Shown here: in pieces, positions 25,345 through 38,936 of the stretch
Layout: each line of letters begins with the position of its first letter
Numbering within the stretch: position 1 is the stretch's first letter
Assembly (NCBI GenBank): GCA_024679065.1
Contig: JAGIQG010000040.1
Span: 5,952,001 to 6,016,000 of the forward strand
Direction: 5' to 3'
DNA: 64,000 nucleotides
DNA from: Sphyrna mokarran
Taxonomy: Eukaryota
Program-made: the position numbers and the translations under genes
The notes under the pieces: model-generated
Databases searched by the model: none
Seen by the model: only the letters and a program-made list of their open reading frames with translations
Told to the model about the DNA's origin: nothing

Positions 25345-25699
25345 CTGAAAAAGTAATTGACCACACTTTCCATGTTATTGTGGAGCAGGTGCAGGTGGGG
25401 GTAAAATCTTTGAAAGAGTCAAAATGGAGGAGAATTCTCCATAATCCCTGGCGGTTAAAAGTGTCAAAGGAATTTGTGGGGTTAAGGAAGGCCATATACA
25501 AAGTTTGCTGCCATCACCTGCATTTAACTGGTGTTAACAAATTGTCCCTAAATTAGTCGTTCCTCAATCTGGTTATGGTTCCTTTATTGTGGAGTCCAAT
25601 GAGCGTAGACAAAGGTCATAGGTAGAAGAGGGCACTCACAATGATAAAATGGGTGGTGCAGGCTTGTTGGGCTGAAGGGCCTGTTTCCTGTGCAGCGTT

Positions 25700-26320
25700 G
25701 TTCCCTGGCGACATCAATGATAATGAAGTGGAGATTGTCGAGGGCTTCAATTTTCCATATATTCTGATCAGCAACAATGAGTCCTGGTTCCTCAATGCTG
25801 ACGCAATAGTTTGGAAAGCTCACCAGTGTCTCCACTTTCTCGGGGAGCTGAAAAATTCAAGTTGTCCACTGCAACCCTCACCAGTTTTTTTTACATGCGC
25901 CATAGAAACCAATCTTATTGAATTTATCTCAGCTTGGTCTATCTCCTGCTCTGACCACGATTGGACGAGGTTGTGAACGTAACTGAGTCCATTACACAAA
26001 CCAGCCTCTCATACATTGGTTCCGTCTACACTTCCCACTGCCTCAGAAAAGCACCCAGCATAATCAAGTTCCCCATGTATCCCAGACATCCCCTGTTCCA
26101 ACTTCTTCCATCTGGGGAAAAAATGCAAAAGTCTGAAAACACGTACCAAAAGATTCAAGAACAGCTTCTTCCCTGTTTGCATCAGAGTCTTGAATGGCCC
26201 TATCTCATATTAAACTTTTCACCAAGCTATGACTGTAACAGTATATTCTGCGCTCTCTCCTTTTCATTTCCTTCTCTTTCATCACAAACGGTATGTTTGA
26301 CTGTATAGCACAAAAGGCAC
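25700..26320 (+). mobile_element. Rex1/Babar-type LINE 3' fragment
   Basis: INDNEVEIVEGF..L, KAHQCLHFL and HCLRKAPSIIK..HPLFQLLPSG remnants. Confidence 0.7.
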
Positions 26321-27773
26321 TGCTTTAACATTGGAAGCAGGGCACTACTTGTGGGCTACATTTACCCAAATGTTCATGAGGAATTAATTTAGCCAGCAAA
26401 GGGAGTTTCTCAGGTGGCAGGCTTCTTTGTTTTATTTTATGCCAAAGCCAACCCTATAGAGTCAGCGATCTCCATCCGGTTTATCTTTCCAGGGGAAAGT
26501 GTAACCGTCAGCTTTTTTCATGAAGTTGGCCCTGCCCACCGGGTCTCACTTAGGGCACTAACGTCAATATTGAAATGCCTGAGCTCTCAGCCACTGATAG
26601 CATTACACCATTAGAGTCTGCCCCTGTTGAGGTTCTCCACGAAGGCTCTGACATTCCAGATCCAAAATTGCGTTTGCTTTTTGCAAAAAAAAACTTTATT
26701 TGTTAAATACCTGGTCGAGCATTACAAGCATCTCCAAGTGGCCACAAAGTACAGGTCTGTACAGTTTCTCTACATACATCGTGTTGCATTCTATGGTGAT
26801 TCAATACAGTCAAAAAAAACATCGCAGACATTGCAAAATGGTCGTTATCAGTGGTAAAAAGATCCTTCTGTTCTTTACATTCGGCTCTAGATGATGGTGA
26901 CGGCCTCTGAGTCCACTTTTCACCCCTTCCGCAAGGTGGCTGTTTCTGTCACTTCTATTTTTAGTTGTTTCTCGTGCCGAGATTCCTTCATTTGCAAAAT
27001 ACATTGAAAAACATGCTGAACAAAATGGCTATCACATAAAGTACACAAATATTCAAGTGGTCTGCACAGACCGAGTTGCATTCTGAGGTGCTTCAATCCA
27101 AATGTGATACATGTAATATGAACCGTGTGCATTCGCTGTGGATCATAATGCCCGAGTTGATCTATAACATTCCTTATCCTTCTTTTAACAATGGCTGAAA
27201 GGTCTTCCACAGCAACCTTCCCATTTTGTGCATCTGTGATGGATGTCCCTTGCTTGACTGCATCCCTCAGCAAGTAATCCTGGCTTCTGGAATGTGTCAG
27301 TCTGCAACATTCGGTCTGGGGCAACATTTGACACTGTGAAACCACTTATCACCCGCTCAATTCACATTGATTGATCTATTGTTCTATGGTTTATCCATTT
27401 CTCCTTTATTTACAACTGCCCTGTGCCTTGGCACCACTCCCATTTCCAAGGAGTTTTGAAAGATTATGATCAGTATATCCACTGTTTCCACCTTCCCTGA
27501 CCTCAGTCAACCTCATACATCCAACAGATACGAGTAAATGTTTGACTTGACTCTGACACAAAATGTTTTGGATTGAAACGAGTTAACTGAACTTGTTTGT
27601 TCAGTGAGTGTAATAAGTGTTAGCCTCCATGGATCCCAACTATGTCACTGGAGGTTTTTTCACTTCTATTAATAAGGGATTCTTTTCAATGCAGCACAAA
27701 CTCAGGAACTCATAGCTTGGGTGAGTGGGAGAGAAGAGATTAGCATCTGAGAATAGATTATAATGTTAGAACA

Positions 27774-27990
27774 ATGGCGCAGAATCTAAGCTTATGCAAT
27801 TTGAATATTACAACAGTGGATCAGAATCTGAGGGCAAAAGACTGGTATGTTCCAACAGATGACGGAGATTATTTCTTGAGCATTGTCGAGTCCATTGACA
27901 TTCAGCCATCATGGGATGAGCAGATCATCGATATATTGAGATGCATTCAAAAGGGCTATTATCCCATCCTGGCTATTGTTGGCGTTCCTG
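27774..27990 (+). CDS. GPR139/142-like GPCR paralogue 2, coding exon 1
   Basis: MAQNLSLCNLNITTVDQNL...YYPILAIVGVP with phase-1 donor G|GTAAGT; predicted protein 371 aa with exon 2. Confidence 0.87.
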
Positions 27991-29749
27991 GTAAGTTTCT
28001 CCATCCAGCTATTTATTCCATAAACTGTGATGAACTGAATTATTTTTCTGGTTATTTAGGCTCTTGAATAGAATGAATTCGTTCTCTTCAGCTCCAGTCG
28101 CTCATTCCATTTCGAATCCCATGGCTCTACACCGCTCTCTGATTGCCAGCAGAGGCTACTCAAAACCTAACATTTCCGTTTGACCCTGACTGGATATCCA
28201 ATGTCATATTCTCTCCATCCCAAGTCCTGTCTGCAACCATCTCAATAATATCAAACATGCCCACTTCTGCCTCAGTCCAGTCCATCCATTGAATAATTCC
28301 TCATCTCTGTCCTAATATTCTCATTCTTGATTTCACTGCTGCAACTAATTCCATTCCCCTGTCCATTTCCCAGATTCCTGCAAATCATTTCCCTTCAGGA
28401 TTTGTCCAATTCCCTGTTTGCAATGAATTCCGTTCTCCCACCTGTCTGTGATATTCACATCCATATGGTCAAATTTGCCAGCTTAAAGAAGCTCAGAAGG
28501 AATAGAATGATGTGGGAAGTGCTTACATTTACTTCTTGCTCTCTCTGGTGTGGTATACATGTTGGAGGGGATGTTTTAACAGCTCTGATACATGTCTTTG
28601 TAACTTTGTCTGTGCCACTCCACTGAACGCCTGTGTTCATCACTGTCAGTCGGAATGTATTAAGCAACACGAGGGATCTCCCCTCTAATGTTATTCTTTG
28701 AATGTATTTTCATTGAATTTTGGCATTTTTATAAATAATACCTCAAGCCTGATCCAGCACACCTCCAAGTTTTCCCCATATATAAACATGGAAAAGGACA
28801 GGAGGAAGACAATGCAATTCATTCAGTATGTTCCGTTTGTGCAGCTCCTCCACATATACGAGAAAAACAAGAACAGACAAGTAATAGCACAGGTAAAAGA
28901 GGATAAACTCAGCAGCAACCATGTGTACCATCTACAAGATGCATTGTAGCAATTCACTAAAGATCCTTTCACAGCACCTTCCAAATCCACGACTACTCCC
29001 ACCTAGAAGCACAAGGTCAGACTGATTTGAAACGTTAACTCAGTTTCACAGTGCACAGATGCTGCAAGAGCTTCTGGGCTTCTCCTAAATGTTTTGTTTT
29101 CATTCTAAATTTTCAGCAACCTCACTGCTATTTTTTACTTTCGAGCTGGCCAGTGAGTGGGAGAATGGTAGTGCGGGTTACTTCACATGGGCTGATATCA
29201 GCACTGACAGATCGACACATGTGCACTGGCCTATTAAGTGTTATGCTGACGGCCCTTCCGATGAGAAGACTGATTTCAGCGTGAAGGGCTCTGTGTAGTG
29301 CACAGACTGTGGGTGATTCATTTTGAAACTCCCACTGAAAATACCAACAGGATTTGCTCCGTTTTTTCAGTGAACTTGACACTTGGAATTTTTTTGAACA
29401 ATAGACCCCACGATCTTTTTTGTTCTGCATTTCTAATAACTTAAATGATGTTAATTTTTGGTAACCATCTTTTCTTATGTGTGTGACTGTGGGGTTCAGG
29501 AATAAATGACTGTTCCATTTTCCATGTGGTGTAGTAAGTAAGTGTTTATCTTATGAAAGTCTCTGAGTCGTCATCCAGCCATACAGTTGGGAGCTTCTAC
29601 TTTATTTGTTGCACTTCTCGCAATGAAACAAAGGCACTTGAGTCCAGCAGACTCACTTTCACACTCTGCCTGCGTTTTCCCTCAGTCTTAGCGGCCTACT
29701 GTCTGGTTCCCGCTCAGTTAGTTCACTTTGCTTTAGTTTCCACTCCCCT

Positions 29750-30190
29750 CAAACTAGTTTAAATCTTCCCGTGTGACACGAGTGAACCTCCCAGCCAGAA
29801 TTTTTATACCCTTTCAGTTTAGATGTAGCCCACACTTCTTGTAGAGTTCTCACCTGCCCCAGAAGCGATCCCAAAGGTCCAGATGTTGCAACCTGACATC
29901 CGACACGAGCTGTTCAGCCACTTGTTGAGCTGTGCTTTCTTCCTATTTCCCATCCCACTGGCATGTGGCACAGAGAATAATCATGAGATTATAACCTGAC
30001 AGGTACTGCTTTTTAACTTTCCACCAAACTCCTTAAACTGCTGCTGCAGGACCTCATCACTCTTCCTACCTGTCTCATCAGTACGAATATGCAGCTCAGA
30101 AACTGGCTGTTCACCCTCTCTCTTTAGAATGCTTTCTGTCCATTCAGAGACACGCTGGACCCTGGCACCGGAGAGGCAACATACCATGCA
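29750..30190 (-). mobile_element. CR1 ORF1 (SGNH esterase) fragment in GPCR intron
   Basis: MVCCLSGARVQRVSEWTESILKREGEQP..HIRTDETGRK. Mirrored copy at ~47020-47460 (+). Confidence 0.75.
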
Positions 30191-30624
30191 GATGTATCTT
30201 TTATGTGCAAGTCAAAATAATTTAAAATCGTTTTAAGTCATTTGGAAAATGCATAAATTGTCAACATCTCTCCTCTGATCCGAACAGGCCCCTCACCCGT
30301 GGCTCTCCCAGTAACCCCTACGCCCCATCACTCCTGAGTTCTACATCATCCCTGCATCCCACCACAATCACCAGGATCCCCTGTCACCCTAGATGCTCTC
30401 CATCACCTCTGGCTCCTTGTGTCGTTCCTACCTCACATTTTACCGCACACCCTGATTTTGATACGATTCCTCAATTGTATCACAGATGTTGCTATTGTTT
30501 TGCCAGGTCTGGTTATTTTAATACCTTACAATATGCAATAGCACGTCTCAATAATCCTCAATCAAAGTAATCATTTGCCAAACGCATGATGTGTGATTTC
30601 ATTGTTTATTTCCTTTCCTCACAG

Positions 30625-31523
30625 TGAACATAGTCACCATTGTGATCCTCATTCGCAAAAACTGTGGTCTCTCTCGATGTGTCACTCGTTACCTGGTGGC
30701 CATGTCATTGGCAGATTTATTGGTTGTTATCCTTGACCTGATACTGAAACAGATTCCAATTGTTTTTGATGAACAGTTTCAGTTCCTGAAATTCATCCCC
30801 GTGTGTAATGTCCACGCTGTCCTGCTTTATGCAGTCACTGACTGTTCTGTCTGGTTCACCGTCACTTTCACCTTTGATCGATTTGTAGCCATTTGTTGCC
30901 AGAAGCTGAAAAATAAATATTGCAGCGAGAAAGTGGCATCTGTGGTTCTGGGAACAGTGACTGCACAGAGTTGTTTAAAGAATATTTTCTGGTATTTTAT
31001 GGTAACAAATCAGTATATATTGATGAACGACCCTTGGTTTTGTAATTACTCATTTGATGTCATGCTTTCTCCAATCTGGGGAACAATTGTGTTTCTTCAT
31101 TACATTCTAACCCCATGTATCCCATTTATTCTGATTGTACTGCTCAATGTTCTCACCGTCAGACACATTTTAGTGATGAGCCGGGCCCGCAGGCGACTCC
31201 GGGCTCATTGCAATGGGGAGAGTGTCAGAGACCCAGAGATGGAAAGTCGAAGGAACTCCATCATTTTACTGTTTGTTATTTCAGCCAATTTCATCCTGTT
31301 ATGGTCAATGATAATGATTGATACTATATCTTTCCAGATGTTCTGGTTGGGGTATCCATCTCCATACAGTGCTATCTTTGTTGGGCAATTGGGCTTCATG
31401 TTGCAGCACCTGAGTTGCTGCACAAACACTTTTATTTATGCCGTCACACAGACTAAGTTCAGGCAGCAGTTGAAGAATATGATGAAATATCTCTTTACTC
31501 AATGTCATTTAGGGAAGCATTGA
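30625..31523 (+). CDS. GPR139/142-like GPCR paralogue 2, coding exon 2
   Basis: Acceptor ttcctcacag|TG; open 7TM frame with DRF, WFC, NTFIY and KFRQQL. Confidence 0.92.
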
Positions 31524-34006
31524 ATCACTGAGAGTTTCCAGATTTTTGTTTTCATTTTCTTTTACATTTCCTGAAAAGGGAGGGCACAAACATGATAGGA
31601 TCTCCATCGATCCATACAGCTGCATGTTGCAGAAAACGTTCCTATGTCCATCAAGTCTGCACCCACAATAACTACCACTCAAGTCGCATTATTTACATGG
31701 TCTAGCACTTGTTTCATATCCTTGAATGTTATAATATTTCCAGTTGTCATCCACGTACTTTTTAAAGTCTGCAAGGTTTCCCACCTCCATTACCTCCACA
31801 GGCAGTACATTCCAGATACTCATTATCCACTGAGTATTTTTTGCAAATCTCCTCTGAATCTGAAAACTATGTTCCCTTGTGAATGAACTTCAATCAAGGG
31901 GAATAGTTGCTTCCAATTCAGCATGTCCTACCACTCATAATCTTATGTACCTCGAGCATGTCCCTTTGGCCACCTCTGTTCTGGAACAAAATAACAGCCT
32001 AATTCTGTCCAGTCTTTCTTTATTCCTCAAATGCTTCAATCTAGGCAAACTCTTGGTGATTTTCCTCTGTCCTAGTGGAATCATACCCTTCCTATAGTGA
32101 GGTGACCAGGACTATATGCAATATTCCTGCTGTATCCTAACCAGTGTTCTGTACAAGTCCGATGTTACCTGTTGATCTTCTACTCTATGCCACAATTCTA
32201 AAAGCAAGTGTCCATATGAGATCATAAATATCGTATTCATCTGAAATGCTGCTTTTCAAGTAACTATGAATAATTACCCCCAAAACCCTCTGTTCTTCTG
32301 AACCTCCTCATCTACTATATCCATTAAATTCTCCCCTGTCTTGTCAATTCTCCCAAAGTGCGTGAGCTCGCACTTATCAGGGTTAAATAACATCTGCCAC
32401 TGTCTGCCATCTGGCCAACCCATCTATATTGTCCTGACAACTACAACTTTTTTTTCTTTACTTTTAACCACCCTATCAAACTTGCTTATCACTCCTCTAC
32501 ATTATCATCCTATCATTTGCATAGATAACTGACAACAAGTGTCACTTCACTGATCTTTGTGGTATGCCATTAGAATGACTTCCAGCCATTCAAGCAACCT
32601 TCTATGATGATATTCTGTTTACAATTACAAAGCCGTGTTTTGGGTCTGCACTGCAATGTTTCCCTGAATTCCATGTGCACCAACATTGTCAATCAGTTCT
32701 CCCATGTGGGTCCTTGACAAAAGCTTTGCTAAAATCCATATAAATTACATCAATTGGACCCTCCTATTGGCTAGGTCAGCTGTCCAATATCCAACTACCT
32801 TGCTCTGACTTAACAGCATAATAATGACTATGATATATCACCTTACCGATTCACCCTTTCACCTGCCCATTCTCCTGCTGCTTTTTTCTGATTGGACAGC
32901 AATCATTCAAATATGGAAAGTAGTTCTTCAATTCCTACAGTGCACCGGTGGAAAAGGCTTGAAAAATTGAGGTCACATTGAAGACATGAGGTAACCGAAA
33001 GGAAGTGAGACCACAGACGCCACATACATAAACGCCTGGCGTTAAGAGTTATATGTCGCGTTGTCAATATGGAGTCAAAATGGTATGGGAGATTGGAGGG
33101 GAGCAGAAGTGTTATTAACCTCAGAGTCAGCCTCAGCGAGAGGGGGGGAGGGAGAGATACCTAGTATAGAAATAAAACATTGGGATCAGACACTCAGAGA
33201 GAGAAAAAGAAGGGAGAGAGTGAGGCAGAGCGAGAAGGGCAGTGCGAGAAAGGTGTAAGGACAGAAAGCGTTGCAGGGAGCGAGAAAGGGGGCAGAGAAG
33301 GAGGCAAATAGAGAGAGGGTGCAGTGAGAGAAAGAGGGCGCAGAGAGTGAGGAGACAGAGAGAGGGGGGCAGAAGGAGAGTGAGCAGAGAGAGAGAGAGA
33401 CAGGTGCACTGACAGCGTGGGGCAGTGAGAAGGGTAGAGGGAGAAGATGGGGCAGTGAAAGCAATGGAGCAGACAGCATGGAGCTGTGTGTGGAGACAGC
33501 ATGTAGAGTGAGAGTGGCAGAGAGAGAGGGGTTGAGAGAGGTAGTGGCCCTTGGAAAGAGGGGACAGAGAGGCCAGGGACATAAGGAGAGAAGCGGCAGA
33601 GATAGTGGGAAAAAATAGATGCAGTGAAGAGAAAGAGAGACAGAATGGTGGGGGCGGGGAGAGGGGGGGAGAGGGGGTATCAAACTTTAGTGTGAGAGAG
33701 AAGTGGAGACAAAGCCACGAAAATGGAGAATAATGCTGGTATTATATGCAGCAACATTTCAACTTCACAAATGAACTAAGTTTAATATTTTTAAACCGGA
33801 CAGAGGGAACCCAAACAGCTGAGAATGTACAGTCAAACACTGATAGGAATGGCTGCAGGGTGTCTGTCTGAACATTGAACACCTCCTCTGCTTACTAAAA
33901 AAAGTAATTGTAAAACTATACAAAGACTGAATCCCATCCCTGGTATTGACAAAAGGACATAACGACTGTCTTATGTCAGATACGTTGGATGTTAATTTCA
34001 TCGCGA

Positions 34007-35455
34007 ATATAGAACATAGAATATAGAACATACAGCACACATAGGCCCTTCAGTTCACCATTTGCGCTGATCATATCGCTACCTGTAGGCTTACCTATAA
34101 CCCTCAATCCTATTAAGTCCATGTACTCATCCAGAAGTCTCTTAAAAGACGCTATCGAATGGCAGCCGATTCCACTCACCCACCACCTTCTAAGTGAAAA
34201 ACTTACCCCTGACATCTCCTTTGTACCTATTTCCCAGTACCTTAAACCTGGGTCCTCTCATAGCAACCATTTCACCCCTGGGATAAAGCCTCTGAGAATC
34301 CACCCGATCGATACTTCTCAACATCTTATACACCTCTATCAGGTCACCTCTCATCTTTCGTCTCTCCAGGGAGAAAAGACGAGCTCCCTCAATCTATCCT
34401 CAAAAGGCATGCCACCCAATCCAGGCCAAAATCTTGCAAATCTCCTCTGTACCATTTCAATAGTTTCCATGTCCTTCCTGTAGTGAGGCAACTAGAAGTG
34501 AGCACAGTATTCCAAGTGGGGTCTGACCAGGGTCTTATAAAGCTGGAGCATTATCCCCTGACTCCTAAACTCAATCCCTCGATTGATGAAGGCCAGTACA
34601 CTATACGCCTTCTTAACCATATCCTCTACCTGCGAGGCCGATTTAAGAGTCCTATGAACCCGGACCCCAAGATCCTTCTGATCCTCTACACTGCTAAGAG
34701 TCTTAGCCTTGATATTATACTCCTTCATCCCATTTGAGCTGCCAAAATGAACCACTACAAATTTATGTGGGTTGAAGTCCATCTGCCACTTCTCCGCCCA
34801 GTCTCCCATCCTATTTATGTCACGCTGCAACTTCTGACATTCCTCCAAACTATCCGCAACACCACCAACCTTCGTGTTGTCGGCAAACTTACCAATCCAT
34901 CCTTCCACTTCCTCATCCAGGTCATTTATAAAAATCACAAACAGCAAGAATTCCAAAACAGATTCCTGGGGCACTCCACTGGTGACTGACCTCCATGCAA
35001 AAAAGACCCATCTACAACCACTCTCTACCTTCTGCGGGCAAGCCAATTCTGGATCCACAAAGCAAAGTCCCCTTGGATCCCATGCCCCTTCACTTTCTCA
35101 ATAAGTCTTGCATGGGGGACCTTATCGAACGTCTTGCCAAAGTCCATATAAACCACATGCACCGCTCTTCCTTTGTCAATGTGTTTATTCAAATTTTCAA
35201 AAAACTCAACCAGGCTTGTAAGGCACGAACTGCCTTTGACAAAACCGTGCTGACTGCTCTTCGTCATATTATACTTCTCTAAATGTTCATAAATCCTGTC
35301 TGTCGGGATCTTTTCCATCAACTTACCAGTCACTGAGGTTAGACTCACCGGTCGATAATTTCCTGGGCTATCTCTATTCCCTTTTTTGAATATGGGAACC
35401 ACATCCGCAATCCTCCAATCCTCTGGAACCTCTCCCATCTCCATTGATGACGCAA
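34007..35455 (-). mobile_element. 5'-truncated CR1 LINE (RT), degenerate
   Basis: VPEDWRIADVVPIFKKG, DFGKTFDKVPH, GVPQESVL and KFADN motifs; (tagaaca)n tail at ~34010. Confidence 0.92.
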
Positions 35456-35709
35456 TTTCTTCCCTTTCTGAACCGTCAGAGCTGGAAGGAGAATCAGTGA
35501 AAAATGTTCTGTAGAGTTTGACTGAGTATAGAATTGTGAAGGGAAGAGTAAATGTAACACAGTGTAAGATGCATTACTTAGCTAATATTCAACAATAAAC
35601 GTGAATTATTGTTCGTTTCCTCACTCCGAGTTTAATAGTGTGTTTCCGCTCGCATTGCAGCCGGTAATCTTTCGTTAGGTAAATGAGGTAATCACTATAT
35701 TACAGAAAC

Positions 35710-35995
35710 GATGCCTTCCCTCCACCCTGGAAGCCTTGGATGAACATATATTTGACGTCGTCTTTGCAGGCGTTGAAGACCTTTCTCAAAGTTCAACCCA
35801 CGGAGAGCGACAAGGCCGGATGGGATACCCAGACGAGCACTCAGATCATGCGCAGATCAGTTGGCAGGGGTATTCGCAGACAAGTTCAAACTCTCTTTGC
35901 AACAATCTAAAGTCCCTATCTGCTTCAAGAAGACAACTATCATTTCAGTACCAAAGAAAAAACCAAGCAGTGTGTCTTAATGATGATCATTAAAA
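35710..35995 (+). mobile_element. Rex1/Babar-type LINE fragment
   Basis: CADQLAGVFADKFKLSLQQSKVPICFKKTTIISVPKK. Mirror copy at ~41220-41490 (-). Confidence 0.75.
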
Positions 35996-36170
35996 AAACA
36001 CGAGGTTTTTTTTGCCTCACAAGAAAGTCTTGCTCTGCACACAATGCTCTTGGGTAGGAGATTTATGGAATGGTATTTTGATCACGAACTTCTCCAAATA
36101 ATGGTCAGGCTCACACGGGTGGAACTAATAGCAATTCCGCCTCACTCTGGGGGGGCACTGGGCCCGTGCT

Positions 36171-37550
36171 TATAGAACAATACAGCACAGAACAGGCCCT
36201 TCGGCCCTCGATGTTGTGCCGACCAAAATAAAAAGCAATGCCCCTCCTAACTAAACCATTCCCTTCTCATCCATATACTTATCAACTAACCTCTTAAACG
36301 CCACCAAACTTGGCGCATCTACAACAGCTGCAGGCAGGGCATTCCACTCCCTAATCACTCTTTGAGTAAAGAACCTACCTCTGATATCCGTCCTATAACT
36401 ATCACCCCTTAATTTAAAGCTGTGTCCCCTCGTGCTAGCTTTCTCCATCCTAGGAAAAGGCTATCACTGTCCACCCTATCTAAACCTCTAATCATCTTAT
36501 ATGTTTCGATAAGGTCCCCTCTTAGCCGCCTCTTTCTAACGAAAACAACCTCAAATCCCTCAGCCTCTCTTCATAAGACCTGCCCTCCATACCAGGCAAC
36601 ATCCTGGTAAACCTCCTCTGTACCCTCTCCAATGCCTCCACATCTTCTTATAATGTGGGGACCAGAACTGCACACAATACTCCAAGTGCGGCCGCACTAG
36701 AGTTTTGTACAGCTGCAACATGATGCTGCGGCTCCTAAATTCAATCCCCCTACCAATAAAAGCTAAGACTCCATATGCCTTCTTAACAACTTTATCCACT
36801 TGACTGCCTACTTTCAGGGATCTATTGACACATACACCAAGATCCTTCTGTTCCTCAACACTATTAAAGCCCTACCATTAGCCCTATACTCTACACATTT
36901 ATTGTTCCTGCCAAAGTGCATTACCTCACACTTTTCCACATTAAACTCCATTTGCCACCTCTCGGCCCAGCTCTGCAACTTGTCCAAGTCACTCTGTAAA
37001 CTAAAACACCCTCTTCACTATCTACCACACCACCAACTTTAGTATCATCTGCAAATTTACTGATCCATCCCTCAATACCCTCATCCAGATCATTTATAAA
37101 AATTACAAACAGCAGGGGCCCCCAAACAGACCCCTGAGGCACACCACTCGTCACCGAACTCCACGATGAATATCTCCCATCAACCACCACCCTCTGTCTT
37201 CTATCTGCCAGCCAATTCCTAATCCCATTAGCTAAATCACCCTCTATTCCACACATCCGCATTTTCTGTAGAAGTCTTCCATGGGCCACCTTATCAAACG
37301 CCTTACTAAAGTCCATATATACTACATCAACCGCCTTACCCCCATCCACCTCTCTGGTCACTCTCTCAAAAAACTCAATGAGGTTAGTAAGGCATGACCT
37401 ACCCTTCACGAAACCATGCTGACTATCCCCAATCAATTCATTTCTCTCTAAATAACTATAATCCTATCCCTAATAATTCTCTCCAATACCTTGCCCACCA
37501 CAGAAGTAAGACTCACTGGCCTATAATTCCCAGGAAGGTCTCTCTTCCCC
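36171..37550 (-). mobile_element. 5'-truncated CR1 LINE (RT) at the edge of the inverted-repeat spacer
   Basis: ORF 36921..37436 [19 protein letters not shown]...KFADDTK; 3' tail at 36171. Confidence 0.93.
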
Positions 37551-37746
37551 TTTATATTCCCCTTATATTGAGGAAAAACTCGATATTTGGTGAAGATATA
37601 TCCGTTTCTTTGGAGAATTTCGGGCACCGAATATATTCATCAATTTGTCTACCTCGGGTATGTAGCTGATTGATACTGCCCTGTATTACTCTGCTATCGC
37701 TGGGGCTCACAGTGACGGAAAGCAGTATGACTACGGTACAAGGACG
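37551..37746 (+). pseudogene. 5'-truncated TCR V pseudogene with 23-RSS
   Basis: LILRKNSIFGED...RIYSS, then STSGM*LIDTALYYSAIAGA (second Cys changed to Ser, plus a stop). Followed by CACAGTG (37708-37714), exactly 23 nt, and a degenerate nonamer ACAAGGACG (37738-37746). Confidence 0.8.
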
Positions 37747-38184
37747 GCATTTAAATATAGTTGAACCCCTGTTTTCTGCGGGTTGCACAACATCGTGGGC
37801 AAATACAACGCAATGTGACTGTCAGCACACAAGAGGTCTCATTAACCTGGGATCAATCCAAGTGTTTCCAGTTTCCTGCTAAGTTAGCATTATGTCTCAA
37901 TGAGTCTGTGAGATCTCTCAGTAGTGAGCTGGCTGATATTGAAAGAAAACAGTTCGAGCTGCGCTCATTCAGCATCTCGATAGGGGAACAGGTACACTTT
38001 TCCAGATGATGTTACAGGAATGAAACACTGCTCTATTAATTAGTAGCTGCAAATTCTGGGTTACTCATAGTAACACAAACGTTCCAGCATTAAGGAAGCA
38101 TTCTGAAGTTTCCTGGTTATTGGGGAAATTCTTTTCTCAATGTCTATTTTAAAGGTAGTAAGAAATCACTCAAAACCAGTGAGG

Positions 38185-38630
38185 AGATCATGCAGACACT
38201 ACGACAATGAATGAGCACCGCTCGACAATCACCAGGCAGGAATGTCCCCTTTCGGTCGAGGAATATTTCAGCAGTCACAGGCATTCAATCTCTGATCTCC
38301 GGGTAAGTGTTCTCCAAGGTGGTCTTCATCACACGCAGCAACGTAGAATCGCTGAGCAGAAACTAATAGCCAAGTTCCGCACACATGAGAACTCAACCGG
38401 CATCTTGGGTTCATGTCACACTATCTGTAACCCCTACGACTTTCCTGGGCTTGGAAAATCTCACTAACTCTCCTGGCTGGAGACAATACACATTTCTTTA
38501 ACTTGGGCTTGGCCCTCTCTCCACTCACACTCTCTGTACCTTTAAGATTTGATTACATGTGAAGATCGCATCCCAACAATTATCTTGGTAAATTGAGTTT
38601 GTGTCTGCATATGACCTGTTTCTCCACATC
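38185..38630 (+). mobile_element. Penelope-like element fragment (GIY-YIG C-terminus + 3' UTR)
   Basis: MNEHRSTITRQECPLSVEEYFSSHRHSISDLRVSVLQGGL...RRIAEQKLIAKFRTH, homologous to 8421..8675. Confidence 0.85.
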
Positions 38631-38918
38631 ATATTTTAAAGGTCACAGTCACTTACGTGTGAAATGTCCTCGTTGTGTATGCACTTTCTCTGAAACAGCA
38701 AAATTGAATACTTGACCGGCCGGAAATTGGATCAAATGACAATTGCTAAACAAAAGAGATCAGATATAAGAAGCTCAGCGAGCTCAACTGCGTTAAAATT
38801 AAGTAATATAATTTGTAAAATGTTCCTTTCCTGTTGTTGAGGTTGTTTTCTGCTCTGATGTTTTAGGAAGGCACGTGTGATTCTCTCAGTGGAGAGTGAA
38901 TTTGTTTATCGGTGTGAG

Positions 38919-38936
38919 AGCACCCTCTGGTGGCAG
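38919..38936 (-). promoter_or_regulatory. Candidate CTCF site
   Basis: Minus strand CTGCCACCAGAGGGTGCT closely matches the CTCF core CCACCAG(A/G)GGGCGC. Confidence 0.55.

Larger units (their letters stand above)
27194..36162 (+). repeat. Left arm (~9 kb) of a large inverted repeat (partner 41041-50045)
   Basis: GPCR exons, intron, GA tract, CR1 and Rex fragments all recur in reverse order on the opposite strand; mirrored ORF pairs appear in the track. Confidence 0.95.

Noticed and set aside
33133-33733. Long Ser/Leu/Pro- or Arg/Glu-rich ORFs (also 23991-24414, 43440-44071, 62856-63250)
   Set aside because: These are translations of GA/CT low-complexity tracts with no protein-family motifs.
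35558-35600. CACAGTG followed by an A-rich ACAATAAAC
   Set aside because: The spacing is 27 nt, no V-like coding sequence precedes it, and the mirror arm has TACAGTG.
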